This document shows, in pieces, positions 62,984 to 64,000 of a DNA stretch of 64,000 nucleotides (within the stretch, counting starts at the first letter, position 1; every line of letters begins with the position of its first letter). The notes beneath the pieces were generated by a model, which was not told the DNA's origin, searched no databases, and saw only the letters and a program-made list of their open reading frames with translations. The translations under genes and the position numbers were made by a program. The DNA comes from Eledone cirrhosa (Eukaryota), in contig OZ024759.1 in NCBI GenBank assembly GCA_964016885.1, positions 12,276,001-12,340,000 of the forward strand. Direction: 5' to 3'.

Positions 62984-63054
62984 AGATTCTTACATAAAAT
63001 TATGATTGAGGGTTTGCAGATAAATATAAAAATAATAATGAAATTATTGTGTAA

Positions 63055-63330
63055 AGTGCTCAGGTGCACTACAGCTCGTCAAAGGTGTATGTATAGTACA
63101 TAGAATAATACACAAATGTCAGGGAAGTACATGTGTGTATGTGTTAGCTGTTCTGTTGGCGGATCTCGGGAAGCATGGAGGCCTTAAAGGATGCAGTGTC
63201 TCGACAGCTAACAACTGATGCAGGTAGTTTGTTCCATGCTTCAGCAACTCTGAGCGTGAAAAAATGTTTCCGAAAGTCATGGGAACTGTGCTGTTTTCTT
63301 ACTTTGTGGGCATGTCCACGTGTGTTATAT
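63055..63330 (-). mobile_element. CR1/L2-type LINE 3' fragment
   Basis: NTRGHAHKVRKQHSSHDFRKHFFTLRVAEAWNKLPASVV (TRGH...FF..RV...WN.LP motif). Confidence 0.8.
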
Positions 63331-63858
63331 AAATATAAATGCCCCCGTTCGTAACCATGGCTCACCTCTCATGGGAAGTAATTAATTTAAAAGACCCAGC
63401 AAACAGTATACACCTTTTCTAACAGGTTGGGCCCTGATGCAAAGTAGTTGATTTAAATATACAGTATAGCCCTTCCCCAGCAGGTTTACCTCAAGTGAGA
63501 AGCAACTGGCTTAAAGAAAATGCAAGCATGAACATTCTCAAATGCTAACTGAAATATGTTCACAACATTTAGTACTCTGTCACCATAAATGGAAATAAAG
63601 ATTAGAGAACTCAACTTGGTCCTTCTTAGACCTTCATTATTGGTATGGCAGTATCGGTAGAGTTACCTCCCTTTATGATCTGAGTTCAAATCCCGCTGAG
63701 GTTAACTTTGTCTTTCATCCTTACAGAGTCGATAAAATAAAGTACCAGTAATACACTGCGATAATTGCTGGCCTTGTGCCAAAAGTAGAAACAATTATTG
63801 GTAAACCTGTCCCTGGTGTTGGTAATTAACTAGACAAGCAGTGACTCTGGCTGCTATC

Positions 63859-64000
63859 TTAACCCTTTACCATTTACATTACTCTATATATACTATTGTA
63901 TTTTCACAGTAAAGGCTTTACCTCACATAATATCTCACATAATATTTACGTTACTCTATATATATACTATTGTATTTTCACAGTAAAGGCTTTACCTCAC
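63859..64000 (+). mobile_element. TTAA MITE with 72-bp array starting (runs off the window end)
   Basis: TTAACCCTTTACCATTTA plus two units. Confidence 0.85.

Overview
Repeat-dense, AT-rich animal genomic DNA. The SINE/RTE/MITE families and (TA)n load resemble octopus, but this is an inference. Two convergent spliced genes were rebuilt by hand. SNX8 (sorting nexin 8, + strand) has its last 7 coding exons at 4024-21518. A complete 10-exon NudC (- strand, 50703->32772) encodes about 323 aa. A candidate promoter/first exon near 53.8 kb and a 461-aa Pro/Cys-rich orphan ORF (60727-62112) may form a third, divergently transcribed gene. Most ORFs in the supplied track are tandem-repeat artefacts. The rest is minisatellites, (TA)n tracts, tRNA-derived SINEs, RTE/CR1/CRE LINE fragments, a TTAA (piggyBac-type) MITE and small Helitrons. 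Notable patterns: (1) several independent non-LTR insertions have 5' inversions or fold-backs, two RTE copies with twin-priming-like geometry and TSDs; (2) an intronic palindrome carries a minimal Penelope-type hammerhead ribozyme motif; (3) many minisatellites are amplified sub-segments of dispersed TEs, including a MITE whose internal 72-bp unit ranges from 1 to about 20 copies.
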